Shown piece by piece: positions 27,429 through 38,561 of a DNA stretch of 64,000 nt. The notes beneath the pieces are model-generated. The model saw only the letters and a program-made list of their open reading frames with translations, did no database searches and was not told where the DNA came from. Position 1 is the stretch's first letter. Every line of letters starts with the position of its first letter. Where the stretch lies: NCBI RefSeq assembly GCF_988242995.1, contig NZ_OZ547043.1; one strand, written 5' to 3'. The position numbers and the translations under genes are program-made.

Positions 27429-28454
27429 GTGATGCCTCAATCTCTCCCGGACACTACGCCGCCGAAAAGGCGTTTTCGCTGGCCAACAGGAATGCCGCAG
27501 CTGGCGGCACTGTTGCTGGTGCTGCTGGTCGATAGCCTGGTGGCCCCGCATTTCTGGCAGGTGGTGCTTCAGGATGGGCGTTTGTTCGGTAGCCCTATCG
27601 ACATTCTTAACCGTGCGGCCCCCGTTGCGCTACTGGCGATTGGTATGACGCTGGTTATCGCCACTGGTGGGATTGATCTCTCCGTAGGGGCGGTGATGGC
27701 TATCGCCGGAGCCACAACGGCTGCGATGACGGTCGCGGGATTCAGCCTGCCGATTGTTTTGTTAAGCGCCCTGGGCACTGGCATCCTGGCAGGATTGTGG
27801 AACGGCATACTGGTAGCGATCCTCAAAATTCAGCCGTTTGTTGCCACCCTGATCCTGATGGTCGCCGGGCGCGGCGTGGCGCAACTGATCACCTCCGGAC
27901 AGATCGTCACGTTTAACTCGCCGGATCTCTCATGGTTTGGCAGCGGATCGCTATTGTTCCTGCCAACGCCGGTCATTATCGCGGTGCTGACGCTTCTCCT
28001 GTTCTGGCTGTTGACCCGCAAAACGGCGCTGGGGATGTTTATCGAAGCCGTTGGTATCAACATTCGGGCGGCAAAAAATGCCGGAGTCAACACGCGATTC
28101 ATCGTCATGCTCACCTACGTGTTGAGCGGGCTGTGTGCGGCGATTGCGGGCATTATCGTGGCGGCGGATATTCGCGGTGCCGATGCCAACAACGCCGGAT
28201 TATGGCTGGAGCTGGACGCCATTCTCGCGGTGGTGATTGGCGGCGGATCGCTGATGGGCGGGCGTTTTAACCTGCTGCTCTCAGTGGTAGGGGCGCTGAT
28301 TATTCAGGGGATGAACACCGGAATTTTGCTTTCGGGCTTTCCGCCGGAGATGAACCAGGTGGTGAAAGCGGTGGTGGTGCTTTGCGTGCTGATTGTCCAG
28401 TCGCAACGCTTTATCAGTCTGATTAAAGGAGTGCGTAGCCGTGATAAAACGTAA
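27429..28454 (+). CDS. ytfT: Sugar ABC transporter permease
   Basis: About 341-aa hydrophobic ORF; start is GTG at 27429 or ATG at 27432. Confidence 0.9.
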   Translation: MMPQSLPDTTPPKRRFRWPTGMPQLAALLLVLLVDSLVAPHFWQVVLQDGRLFGSPIDILNRAAPVALLAIGMTLVIATGGIDLSVGAVMAIAGATTAAMTVAGFSLPIVLLSALGTGILAGLWNGILVAILKIQPFVATLILMVAGRGVAQLITSGQIVTFNSPDLSWFGSGSLLFLPTPVIIAVLTLLLFWLLTRKTALGMFIEAVGINIRAAKNAGVNTRFIVMLTYVLSGLCAAIAGIIVAADIRGADANNAGLWLELDAILAVVIGGGSLMGGRFNLLLSVVGALIIQGMNTGILLSGFPPEMNQVVKAVVVLCVLIVQSQRFISLIKGVRSRDKT

Positions 28455-29436
28455 TTTGCCACTGATGATCACCATCGGCGTCTTTGTGCTGGGTTATTTC
28501 TACTGCCTGACCCAGTTTCCCGGTTTTGCTTCCACAAGAGTGATCTGCAATATCCTGACCGATAACGCTTTTCTGGGGATCATCGCTGTTGGCATGACCT
28601 TTGTGATCCTCTCCGGTGGGATCGATCTCTCCGTCGGTTCGGTGATCGCCTTTACCGGCGTGTTTCTGGCAAAAGTGATTGGCGATTTCGGCCTCTCGCC
28701 GCTGCTGGCGTTTCCACTGGTGCTGGTGATGGGCTGTGCCTTTGGCGCATTTATGGGGCTTTTGATCGACGCCCTGAAGATCCCGGCGTTTATCATTACT
28801 CTGGCAGGAATGTTCTTTTTGCGTGGCGTCAGCTATCTCGTTTCGGAAGAGTCGATCCCGATAAATCATCCTGTTTATGACACGCTCTCAAGCCTTGCAT
28901 GGAAAATCCCTGGCGGCGGTCGCTTAAGTGCGATGGGGCTGCTGATGCTGGCGGTGGTGGTTATCGGCATATTCCTCGCGCATCGTACGCGTTTTGGTAA
29001 TCAGGTGTACGCCATTGGCGGCAACACAACGTCGGCGAACCTGATGGGGATTTCCACGCGCAGCACCACTATTCGCATTTATATGCTCTCCACCGGACTG
29101 GCAACGCTGGCGGGGATTGTCTTCTCGATTTATACCCAGGCTGGATATGCGCTGGCGGGCGTAGGTGTGGAACTGGACGCTATCGCCTCAGTGGTGATTG
29201 GCGGTACGCTTTTGAGCGGTGGCGTTGGAACGGTATTAGGGACGCTTTTTGGCGTGGCGATTCAGGGACTGATTCAGACTTACATAAACTTTGATGGCAC
29301 GCTGAGCTCATGGTGGACGAAAATCGCCATCGGTATTTTGTTGTTTATTTTTATAGCATTACAGCGTGGATTAACGGTGCTGTGGGAGAATCGTCAGAGT
29401 TCGCCAGTGACAAGAGTCAACATTGCGCAGCAATAA
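28441..29436 (+). CDS. yjfF: Sugar ABC transporter permease
   Basis: 331-aa hydrophobic ORF paralogous to ytfT; overlaps the ytfT end by 14 nt. Confidence 0.92.
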   Translation: MIKRNLPLMITIGVFVLGYFYCLTQFPGFASTRVICNILTDNAFLGIIAVGMTFVILSGGIDLSVGSVIAFTGVFLAKVIGDFGLSPLLAFPLVLVMGCAFGAFMGLLIDALKIPAFIITLAGMFFLRGVSYLVSEESIPINHPVYDTLSSLAWKIPGGGRLSAMGLLMLAVVVIGIFLAHRTRFGNQVYAIGGNTTSANLMGISTRSTTIRIYMLSTGLATLAGIVFSIYTQAGYALAGVGVELDAIASVVIGGTLLSGGVGTVLGTLFGVAIQGLIQTYINFDGTLSSWWTKIAIGILLFIFIALQRGLTVLWENRQSSPVTRVNIAQQ

Positions 29437-29462
29437 AAACGCCTCTCCGTGTGGAGAGGCGC
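29436..29462. terminator. Bidirectional terminator between convergent yjfF and fbp
   Basis: Stem cgcctctcc/ggagaggcg flanked by A-run and T-run on opposite strands. Confidence 0.8.
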
Positions 29463-29468
29463 AGGAGA

Positions 29469-30467
29469 TTACGCGTCCGGGAATTCACGGATAAAGCGTT
29501 CGACATCTTCAACCATATGGTCGTTGCCGACAAAGAACGAACGGCGCTGGTGCAGGGTTTCCGGGATGATATCCAGAATACGCTCTTTGCCATCGCTCGC
29601 TTTACCGCCCGCTTGTTCCGCCAGGAATGCCATCGGGTTGCACTCATACAGCAAACGCAGTTTACCGTCCGGGTGGCTGGCGGTGCTTGGGTAGAGATAA
29701 ATCCCACCTTTCAGCAGGTTACGGTGGAAATCCGCGACCAGTGAACCGATATAACGTGAGGTATACGGGCGATTGGTGGACTTATCTTCTTCCTGGCAGA
29801 ATTTAATGTACTTCTTCACCCCGTTCGGAAACTTAATGTAGTTTCCTTCGTTGATGGAGTAGGTTTTGCCTTTCTCCGGGAAGCGCATCCGTTCCTGGCA
29901 CAGGCAGAAAACGCCGAGCGAAGGATCGTAAGTAAAGGCGTGAACACCGCATCCGGTGGTGTAAACCAGCATGGTAGAGGAGCCGTATACCACGTAACCT
30001 GCCGCAACCTGTTTGTTACCAGGCTGGAGGAAATCTTCTTCCGTTACCGGCGTGCCAACAGGCGTAACGCGGCGGTAGATGGAGAAAATGGTACCGACAG
30101 AGACGTTAACATCGATGTTGGACGAGCCATCCAGGGGGTCCATCAGCACCACGTATTTTGCGTGTTCACAGCCTTCAAAGACGACAATCTCATCTTCTTC
30201 TTCAGAGGCAATGCCCGCAACGATATCGCGTGCTTTCAGTGCGGCTTTCAGTTTTTCATTAGCGAACAAGTCGAGTTTCTGCTGAACCTCGCCCTGCACG
30301 TTCTCAGCACCGCTGGCACCCAGGATATCAACCAGTCCTGCTTTGTTGATATCGCGATGGATAATCTTGGCGCCCAGTTTTATTGCCGACAGCAAAGCAG
30401 TGAGCTCACCGGTAGCATGAGAAAACTCGTGCTGCTTTTCGACAATAAATTCACCTAACGTTTTCAT
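29469..30467 (-). CDS. fbp: Fructose-1,6-bisphosphatase class 1
   Basis: 332-aa product [34 protein letters not shown]...; internal start chosen within track ORF 29469-30530. Confidence 0.96.
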
Positions 30468-30642
30468 AAAACTTTCCCTGCAATGTTTATGGAGTAAAGC
30501 GACCGCAACAATCTTAACAAATAATCTCAATGTTGCGCTCAGGTGAATCGCGCCAGCAAATTACGGATTATCCTGAAATGCGTTTCTCACTTGCCCGACA
30601 TATGCGTAAAATGAGCGGCAGATTAAAAAAGGATAGTGACGT

Positions 30643-32016
30643 ATGCGCATTCATATTTTAGGAATTTGTGGCACGTTTATGGGCGGTCTGGCGATGCTGG
30701 CGCGCCAGTTAGGCCATGAAGTAACGGGTTCGGACGCCAATGTGTATCCGCCGATGAGCACCTTACTTGAGAAGCAAGGCATTGAACTGATTCAGGGTTA
30801 CGATGCCAGCCAGCTCGAACCGCAGCCGGATCTGGTGATTATTGGCAACGCCATGACCCGTGGAAATCCGTGTGTGGAAGCGGTACTGGAAAAAAACATC
30901 CCTTATATGTCAGGTCCACAGTGGCTGCACGATTTTGTGCTGCGCGACCGCTGGGTGCTGGCCGTTGCCGGTACACACGGCAAAACTACCACCGCGGGAA
31001 TGGCGACCTGGATTCTGGAACAGTGCGGTTACAAACCGGGATTTGTGATCGGCGGTGTGCCGGGGAACTTTGAGGTTTCGGCGCGTCTGGGCGAAAGCGA
31101 CTTCTTTGTTATCGAAGCGGATGAGTATGACTGCGCCTTCTTCGACAAACGCTCTAAATTTGTCCATTACTGCCCGCGTACGCTGATCCTCAACAACCTT
31201 GAGTTCGATCACGCCGATATCTTTGACGACCTGAAAGCGATCCAGAAACAGTTCCACCATCTGGTGCGTATCGTTCCGGGGCAGGGCCGTATTATCTGGC
31301 CGGAAAACGACATCAACCTGAAACAGACCATGGCGATGGGCTGCTGGAGCGAGCAGGAGCTGGTGGGCGAGCAGGGTCACTGGCAGGCGAAAAAGCTGAC
31401 CACCGATGCTTCCGAATGGGAAGTCTTGCTGGATGGCGAAAAAGTGGGCGAAGTGAAATGGTCGCTGGTAGGCGAACATAATATGCATAATGGCCTGATG
31501 GCGATTGCGGCGGCCCGCCATGTTGGCGTAGCGCCGGCAGATGCCGCTAACGCGCTGGGTTCGTTTATTAATGCTCGTCGCCGTCTGGAGTTGCGTGGTG
31601 AAGCCAATGGCGTGACGGTATATGACGATTTCGCCCATCACCCGACTGCGATTCTGGCAACGCTGGCGGCGCTGCGTGGCAAAGTTGGCGGTACGGCGCG
31701 CATTATTGCCGTGCTGGAGCCGCGTTCGAATACCATGAAAATGGGGATCTGCAAAGACGATCTGGCACCTTCATTAGGTCGTGCCGATGAAGTCTTCCTG
31801 CTGCAACCGGCACATATTCCGTGGCAGGTGGCAGAAGTGGCAGAAGCCTGCGTTCAGCCTGCACACTGGAGTGGCGATGTGGATACGCTGGCAGATATGG
31901 TGGTGAAAACCGCTCAGCCTGGCGACCATATTCTGGTGATGAGCAACGGCGGTTTTGGTGGGATCCATCAGAAACTGCTGGATGGGCTGGCGAAGAAGGC
32001 GGAAGCTGCGCAGTAA
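30643..32016 (+). CDS. mpl: UDP-N-acetylmuramate:L-alanyl-gamma-D-glutamyl-meso-diaminopimelate ligase
   Basis: 457-aa ORF MRIHILGICGTFMGGLAMLA... with Mur ligase domains. Confidence 0.95.
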   Translation: MRIHILGICGTFMGGLAMLARQLGHEVTGSDANVYPPMSTLLEKQGIELIQGYDASQLEPQPDLVIIGNAMTRGNPCVEAVLEKNIPYMSGPQWLHDFVLRDRWVLAVAGTHGKTTTAGMATWILEQCGYKPGFVIGGVPGNFEVSARLGESDFFVIEADEYDCAFFDKRSKFVHYCPRTLILNNLEFDHADIFDDLKAIQKQFHHLVRIVPGQGRIIWPENDINLKQTMAMGCWSEQELVGEQGHWQAKKLTTDASEWEVLLDGEKVGEVKWSLVGEHNMHNGLMAIAAARHVGVAPADAANALGSFINARRRLELRGEANGVTVYDDFAHHPTAILATLAALRGKVGGTARIIAVLEPRSNTMKMGICKDDLAPSLGRADEVFLLQPAHIPWQVAEVAEACVQPAHWSGDVDTLADMVVKTAQPGDHILVMSNGGFGGIHQKLLDGLAKKAEAAQ

Positions 32017-32019
32017 TTC

Positions 32020-32085
32020 GGCCTCAGCCTGATATAGCATTGCCGGATAAGGCGTTTACACCGCATCCGGCAAACCATACTCACA
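32020..32085. repeat. REP element
   Basis: GCCGGATAAGGCGTTTACACCGCATCCGGC palindromic unit between convergent mpl and yjgA. Confidence 0.8.
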
Positions 32086-32098
32086 TCAACAACGAAAA

Positions 32099-32650
32099 TT
32101 ACCCTTCGTTCTCTGCTAACTCGCGCAGATACTGGAAAATCTGGCGTGCGGATTTCGGCGGCTTATTCCCTTCTTTCTCTTTCTTCGCGTTGCGGATCAG
32201 AGTACGCAGCTGCTGACGATCGGCATCGGGCCACAGATTCAATACTTCAGCGATGGCGTCATCACCTTGATCGATCAGACGATCGCGCAGGTTTTCCAGT
32301 TTATGGAACAGTACCACCTGCTGGTTGTGACGGTTTTTCAGCTTATCCAGCGCCTGACGGATCGGTTCAACATCGCGCTGGCGCAGCATCTTACCGATGA
32401 GCTGCAACTGGCGGCGGCGACCTTCCATCTTAATACGCTGGGCGAGCTCAATAGCCGCGCGCAGATCCGCATCTAACGGGATCTTATCCAGCGCGTTTTT
32501 CCCCAGATCAACAATTTCCGCGCCAAGGCGTTTTAGCTCCTCGGCATCACGTTTAATTTCACTTTTACTGACCCAGATAATTTCATCGTCTTCGTCTTCG
32601 ATGTCATCACCGGGAACGTCGTCGAGCCAGTCTTCGGGCTGCTTAGTCAT
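32099..32650 (-). CDS. yjgA: Ribosome-associated protein YjgA (DUF615)
   Basis: 183-aa highly charged [43 protein letters not shown]... Confidence 0.93.
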
Positions 32651-32743
32651 CTCAGGCTCCTTAAAAAAAGAGGCTAATGTTACCAGTTAAGATGCGCACT
32701 GAAAAACGGTTCTCTGTTAGACTTCAGAGAAACTCTCTACATT

Positions 32744-34096
32744 ATGGCACTTGCAATGAAAGTAATCTCTCAAGTTGAAGCGCAGCGCAAGATTCTGGAA
32801 GAAGCAGTTTCGACTGCGCTGGAGTTGGCCTCAGGCAAATCGGACGGTGCAGAAGTTGCCGTCAGCAAGACCACCGGCATTAGCGTAAGCACGCGTTATG
32901 GTGAAGTGGAGAATGTTGAATTCAATAGCGATGGCGCGTTGGGGATCACTGTTTATCACCAGAACCGCAAAGGTAGCGCATCGTCTACCGATTTAAGCCC
33001 GCAGGCCATTGCCCGCACCGTACAGGCGGCGCTAGATATTGCCCGTTATACCTCGCCAGATCCCTGTGCCGGCGTGGCAGACAAAGAGCTGCTGGCCTTT
33101 GACGCACCGGATCTCGACTTGTTCCACCCTGCGGAAGTTTCCCCGGATGAAGCCATTGAACTGGCGGCCCGCGCAGAACAGGCAGCATTGCAGGCGGACA
33201 AACGCATCACCAATACCGAAGGTGGCAGCTTTAACAGCCACTACGGTGTCAAAGTTTTTGGCAACAGCCACGGCATGTTGCAGGGTTACTGCTCTACGCG
33301 TCATTCGCTCTCCAGCTGTGTAATTGCCGAAGAAAATGGCGATATGGAGCGTGATTACGCCTACACCATTGGTCGTGCGATGAGCGATCTGCAAACGCCA
33401 GAGTGGGTTGGGGCCGACTGTGCTCGCCGCACTTTATCGCGTCTGTCACCGCGTAAACTCTCCACCATGAAAGCGCCGGTCATTTTTGCCAATGAAGTGG
33501 CAACCGGGCTTTTTGGGCATCTGGTTGGGGCGATAGCGGGTGGATCGGTTTACCGTAAATCCACCTTCTTGCTCGACTCGCTCGGTAAACAAATTCTGCC
33601 GGACTGGCTGACTATTGAAGAACATCCGCATCTGCTGAAAGGGCTGGCATCTACACCATTCGACAGCGAAGGTGTGCGCACCGAGCGCCGCGATATCGTC
33701 AAAGATGGCATCCTGACTCAGTGGCTGCTGACCAGCTACTCGGCGCGGAAACTGGGGCTGAAAAGCACCGGACATGCGGGCGGTATTCACAACTGGCGGA
33801 TTGCCGGACAAGGGCTAAGCTTCGAACAAATGCTCAAAGAGATGGGCACCGGGCTGGTGGTGACGGAGCTGATGGGCCAGGGCGTAAGTGCCATTACCGG
33901 TGATTATTCCCGTGGTGCAGCGGGCTTCTGGGTAGAGAATGGCGAAATTCAGTATCCGGTGAGTGAAATCACCATCGCAGGTAATTTAAAAGATATGTGG
34001 CGCAATATTGTCACCGTCGGTAACGATATTGAAACACGCAGTAATATACAGTGTGGTTCTGTGCTGTTGCCGGAGATGAAAATCGCCGGGCAGTAA
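32744..34096 (+). CDS. pmbA: Metalloprotease PmbA (TldE)
   Basis: 450-aa ORF of the TldD/PmbA family. Confidence 0.95.
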   Translation: MALAMKVISQVEAQRKILEEAVSTALELASGKSDGAEVAVSKTTGISVSTRYGEVENVEFNSDGALGITVYHQNRKGSASSTDLSPQAIARTVQAALDIARYTSPDPCAGVADKELLAFDAPDLDLFHPAEVSPDEAIELAARAEQAALQADKRITNTEGGSFNSHYGVKVFGNSHGMLQGYCSTRHSLSSCVIAEENGDMERDYAYTIGRAMSDLQTPEWVGADCARRTLSRLSPRKLSTMKAPVIFANEVATGLFGHLVGAIAGGSVYRKSTFLLDSLGKQILPDWLTIEEHPHLLKGLASTPFDSEGVRTERRDIVKDGILTQWLLTSYSARKLGLKSTGHAGGIHNWRIAGQGLSFEQMLKEMGTGLVVTELMGQGVSAITGDYSRGAAGFWVENGEIQYPVSEITIAGNLKDMWRNIVTVGNDIETRSNIQCGSVLLPEMKIAGQ

Positions 34097-34275
34097 AAAA
34101 CTGGCGCGACCTGCCGCGCTATAAACTAAAAAATTACACAAAATCATTCGCACTGCATCGAGACGGAAAGTGAATGAGGGCCGGGGAGCGTACTCGCAGT
34201 ACGTGACTCGGGCGAATGAGCGTAGCCGTCGATGAGGCAGTGTGAAGGATGAAGTGTAAATAAAAAAGGAAGTGA

Positions 34276-34665
<390 letters not shown>

Positions 34666-34799
34666 TTCCTTATTGGGCGGTGAAACGTTACCGCCCAACG
34701 CTTTCTTCTCCCTTCGTAAAATCACCGCAATATCTATCTTCACCACGGCATATTCCTGCGTGTCGTCCTCATTTTTGCGAGGCGTTTTCCAGAAATGAA

Positions 34800-34832
34800 T
34801 GTAATGCATATGTAATGCTATAATGCATTACA
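34800..34832. promoter_or_regulatory. Candidate promoter/operator of the relBE-like TA cassette
   Basis: Two copies of TGTAATGC plus a TATAATGC copy, with the 10-bp perfect palindrome TAATGCATTA overlapping a TATAAT -10 hexamer about 30 bp upstream of the antitoxin start. Confidence 0.55.
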
Positions 34833-34856
34833 CTTTTCATAATTACCGGAGGCATA

Positions 34857-35099
34857 ATGGCCACACTTAACGTCCGCCTGGATGACAAACTGAAAAATGA
34901 GGCTTATGCGGTGCTGGAAAAATTAAATATCACGCCTACTGAAGCAGTGCGACTGCTGTTTCAGTACGTTGCGGAAAATGGACGAATGCCGGTAAAAACG
35001 CTCACTGTCAGTGATAGTGAAGAAGCCTTGTTACGCACTGTCAGGGAACGACTGGCCAACCCACAAGAGGCCATTAAGGTCCGACTGGATGAACTATGA
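34857..35099 (+). CDS. RelB/DinJ-family antitoxin (ribbon-helix-helix)
   Basis: 80-aa ORF MATLNVRLDDKLKNEAYAVLEKLNITPTEAVRLLFQYVAENGRMP... closely resembling E. coli RelB; GGAGG ribosome-binding site. Confidence 0.88.
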   Translation: MATLNVRLDDKLKNEAYAVLEKLNITPTEAVRLLFQYVAENGRMPVKTLTVSDSEEALLRTVRERLANPQEAIKVRLDEL

Positions 35100-35379
35100 G
35101 CTGGCGTTTGATCCGCGGGCGCTGAAAGAGTGGCAAAAACTGGGCGTGACAGTCCGGGAACAATTTAAAAAAAAGCTTGAGGATGTGCTGAAAAGGCCGC
35201 GCAATCCATCGGCTAAACTGCGGGATTTACCGGACTGCTACAAAATTAAGCTGCGCACACAGGGATATCGCCTGGTTTATCAGGTTAACGATAAAGAGTT
35301 GCTCGTGTTGGTGATAGCTATTGGTAAGAGAGAGAACTCAGCCGTTTATGAAGACGCGACTAAACGGCTGGATGAGTGA
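35089..35379 (+). CDS. RelE/StbE-family mRNA interferase toxin
   Basis: 96-aa product MNYELAFDPRALKEWQKLGVTVREQFKKKLEDVLKRPRNP...LPDCYKIKLRTQGYRLVYQV... closely resembling E. coli RelE; start overlaps the antitoxin stop by 11 nt. Confidence 0.88.
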   Translation: MNYELAFDPRALKEWQKLGVTVREQFKKKLEDVLKRPRNPSAKLRDLPDCYKIKLRTQGYRLVYQVNDKELLVLVIAIGKRENSAVYEDATKRLDE

Positions 35380-35844
35380 CTAACGCAAATGATGCACCAC
35401 CTGATTGCTGCTGCCGCGCCAGATCAGGGAAGGGTCTTTTAAATCCTGCACAAATTTGCCGTCGACCAGTACGTTAATCAAATCAACAACCTGCATTTGC
35501 GCAGCGTTGAGTTCGTCGAGTTTATAGCCTGTCCACACCCAGATGTCTTTACCCGGACATTCGGCGCGGATGCGTTGTACCAGTTTCAGAATATCCGGCA
35601 CGTTTTGCGGATGCAGCGGATCGCCGCCGGAGAGGGAAATCCCCTGGCGTTTGATGCGAGTGTCATTCAGATCGTTAATGATCTGGTCTTCCATTGCTTT
35701 GGTAAATGGCTGACCGGAATTTACCCGCCAGGTGCTTTTGTTATAGCAACCGGGGCATTCATGAACACACCCGGAGACAAACAGGGTGCAGCGAGTGCCG
35801 GGGCCGTTGACGATGTCGACAGGATAGTACTGATGAAAGTTCAT
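35380..35844 (-). CDS. nrdG: Anaerobic ribonucleoside-triphosphate reductase activating protein (radical SAM)
   Basis: 154-aa ORF MNFHQYYPVDIVNGPGTRCTLFVSGCVHECPGCYN... with a CxxxCxxC-type cluster motif. Confidence 0.95.
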   Translation of the reverse strand: MNFHQYYPVDIVNGPGTRCTLFVSGCVHECPGCYNKSTWRVNSGQPFTKAMEDQIINDLNDTRIKRQGISLSGGDPLHPQNVPDILKLVQRIRAECPGKDIWVWTGYKLDELNAAQMQVVDLINVLVDGKFVQDLKDPSLIWRGSSNQVVHHLR

Positions 35845-36029
35845 TTTCGCTTCTCAATTGACGCCATGACTGCTCTGGTGCGTACGGGCGAAGTCCCCCG
35901 ATGCTACGCATTTGCCTCCTTGCGACGACAAAAACTGACCAGAGGCAATTCATTATGTCGGGAATCAGGAAGGGGCACGGAACGGTCCCCTCTCCCTTGA
36001 GGGAGAGGGTTAGGGTGAGGGTGGAAGGA

Positions 36030-38168
36030 TTAACCGATCTGCCCATTTCCCAAATGTTTAACGCGGCGCTTAACTTCTTCCTGCTTACCAGCGTTAAACG
36101 GACGTGCATCCGGGCTACCTAAATATCCGCACACGCGGCGAGTCACCGACACACGGGAGGCGTCATGGTTACCACATTTCGGGCAAGTGAAGCCTTTGCT
36201 GGTGCACTCGAACTCGCCAGTAAAGCCACACTCGTAGCACTCATCGATCGGCGTATTGGTGCCGTAATACGGTACATGCTGATAGCTGTAATCCCAGACA
36301 TCTTCCAGCGCCTTCAGGTTGTGCTGAATGTTTGGATACTCGCCGTAGCAAATGAAACCACCGTTCGCCAGCGGCGGGTAAGGCGCTTCAAAGTCGATCT
36401 TGTCATACGGGTTCACCTTTTTCTCCACATCAAGGTGGAAACTGTTGGTGTAGTAACCTTTATCGGTCACGCCCGGCACCACGCCAAACTCAGCGGTATC
36501 GAGACGGCAGAAGCGGTCGCACAGGTTTTCACTTGGCGTGCTGTAGAGACTGAAACCGTAACCCGTTTCTTCTTTCCACTGATCCACCGCCTGACGCAGA
36601 CGTTCAACAATCGCGATACCTTTCGCGCGGAGCTGCTCGTTGTCGTAAACATGCTCGCCGCCGAACAGCGCGTTAATGGTTTCGTGGATGCCGATGTAAC
36701 CCAGCGAAATAGACGCACGACCGTTTTTGAAGATTTCAGAAACGTCGTCGTCAGCATTCAGACGCACGCCACAAGCGCCTTCCATATAGAGGATCGGGGC
36801 TACGCGCGCTTTCACGCCCTCGAGACGAGCGATACGGGTCATCAGCGCCTTACGTGCCAGCACCAGACGTTCATCCAGCAGCTTCCAGAAGGTGGCTTCA
36901 TCGCCTTTTGCCTCCAGAGCAATACGCGGCAGGTTCAGGCTGATCACGCCGAGGTTGTTACGACCATCGTGGATCTGCTCGCCGTTTTCATTTTCCCACA
37001 CGCCGAGGAAGCTGCGGCAGCCCATCGGGGTTTTAAACGAACCGGTGACTTTCACTACCTGATCGTAGTTCAGGATATCCGGATACATGCGCTTGCTTGC
37101 GCACTCCAGCGCCAGCTGTTTGATGTCGTAGTTCGGATCACCTTTTTTATGGTTCAGGCCATCGCGAATCGCAAACACCAGTTTCGGGAACACCGCAGTT
37201 TTACGGTTTTTACCGAGGCCGGCGATACGGTTACGCAGGATCGATTCCTGAATCAGGCGCGACTCCCAGCTGGTGCCCAGACCAAAACCAAAGGTTACAA
37301 ACGGCGTTTGACCGTTGGCGGTATGCAGGGTGTTTACTTCGTACTCCAGCGACTGGAAGGCATCGTAGCACTCTTTGATGGTACGAGAGTTAGCGTAGCC
37401 TTCGGCGTCCGGGATGTTCCACTCTTCTGCGGTCTTGCGATGTTTGTTGTAGCTGGCGGTGACAAACGGTGCCAGCACTTCATCGATACGGTTAATGGTG
37501 GTGCCGCCATAAATATGGCTGGCGACCTGAGCAATAATCTGCGCAGTTACAGCGGTTGCCGTAGAAATCGACTTCGGCGGTTCAATCTCGGCGTTCCCCA
37601 TTTTAAAGCCCTGGGTCAGCATGCCTTTCAGGTCGATCAACATGCAGTTGAACATCGGGAAGAACGGCGAGTAATCGAGATCGTGATAGTGAATATCACC
37701 ACGTTCATGTGCCTGCACCACGTCACGCGGCAGCAGGTGCTGGCGTGCATAGTGTTTAGCCACGATCCCGGCCAGCAGGTCGCGCTGGGTTGGAATCACC
37801 TTGCTGTCTTTGTTGGCGTTTTCGTTGAGTAACGAGGAGTTGGTCTGCTCGACCAGACCACGGATCTCCTGGTTCAGGCGACCGCGTTTTTCACGTTCAA
37901 TGTCGCGATCGTGACGGTACTCGATGTAAGCACGAGCCAGTTGTTTGTATGGACCCGACATCAGCTGGTTTTCAACTGCGGTCTGGATCTCATTGATATC
38001 CACCTGGTTGCGGCCCTGCATCTGCTCGCTGACAACCGCGGCAACAGTGGCGCAATAATCGGCATCATCGACTTCCGCTGCTTTAGCTGCACGCAGAATC
38101 GCTTCTTTGATGCGCTCTGATTTAAACGGCACTTTGCAGCCGTCTCGTTTCATCACATGCGGTGTCAT
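36030..38168 (-). CDS. nrdD: Anaerobic ribonucleoside-triphosphate reductase (class III)
   Basis: 712-aa ORF with ATP-cone N-terminus and C-terminal glycyl-radical motif; Zn-binding cysteines near the C-terminus. Confidence 0.96.
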   Translation of the reverse strand: MTPHVMKRDGCKVPFKSERIKEAILRAAKAAEVDDADYCATVAAVVSEQMQGRNQVDINEIQTAVENQLMSGPYKQLARAYIEYRHDRDIEREKRGRLNQEIRGLVEQTNSSLLNENANKDSKVIPTQRDLLAGIVAKHYARQHLLPRDVVQAHERGDIHYHDLDYSPFFPMFNCMLIDLKGMLTQGFKMGNAEIEPPKSISTATAVTAQIIAQVASHIYGGTTINRIDEVLAPFVTASYNKHRKTAEEWNIPDAEGYANSRTIKECYDAFQSLEYEVNTLHTANGQTPFVTFGFGLGTSWESRLIQESILRNRIAGLGKNRKTAVFPKLVFAIRDGLNHKKGDPNYDIKQLALECASKRMYPDILNYDQVVKVTGSFKTPMGCRSFLGVWENENGEQIHDGRNNLGVISLNLPRIALEAKGDEATFWKLLDERLVLARKALMTRIARLEGVKARVAPILYMEGACGVRLNADDDVSEIFKNGRASISLGYIGIHETINALFGGEHVYDNEQLRAKGIAIVERLRQAVDQWKEETGYGFSLYSTPSENLCDRFCRLDTAEFGVVPGVTDKGYYTNSFHLDVEKKVNPYDKIDFEAPYPPLANGGFICYGEYPNIQHNLKALEDVWDYSYQHVPYYGTNTPIDECYECGFTGEFECTSKGFTCPKCGNHDASRVSVTRRVCGYLGSPDARPFNAGKQEEVKRRVKHLGNGQIG

Positions 38169-38403
38169 GATCGCTCCATATTTTTAAGAACAGGTTATCC
38201 ACAGAAATTGGGAAAGGCGTTTTCCGGTTTTTTTGTTTCGTTTTCCGGTGCTTTCCGCAATCGCCATCCGCTTATCCACAACGCCGCACCTTTTTCGTGG
38301 GGAGCTGTAGTAGCAATTATAGTCGATTAATACAACATATTGGGTTGGGACGCATTTTAAAGTCTATATATAGTGCTTTGCATCAAGGATGTTTGAACTT
38401 TTT

Positions 38404-38417
38404 TTGATGTAGCTCAA
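38404..38417. promoter_or_regulatory. Candidate FNR box upstream of nrdDG
   Basis: TTGATgtagCTCAA, a 9/10 match to the FNR consensus TTGAT-N4-ATCAA, about 240 bp upstream of the nrdD start. Confidence 0.4.
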
Positions 38418-38561
38418 AGTAAAAAGCAGAGCGTACGGATGACGGGCGCTACAGCGATATGTAAATTTTTTAATGAATTTTTTGATTATAAAATCAACAA
38501 AAACAACATACTGACAGGCAAAACCCCGGAATGACAGGCATTACCGGGGCTTAGCGAAGAT

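Noticed and set aside
30860-31073. Short overlapping ORFs inside mpl
   Set aside because: Alternative frames within a well-supported Mur ligase gene, with no independent signals.
36165-37832. 555-aa ORF antisense to nrdD
   Set aside because: Fully inside nrdD on the opposite strand, low-complexity translation and no start context. Judged spurious.
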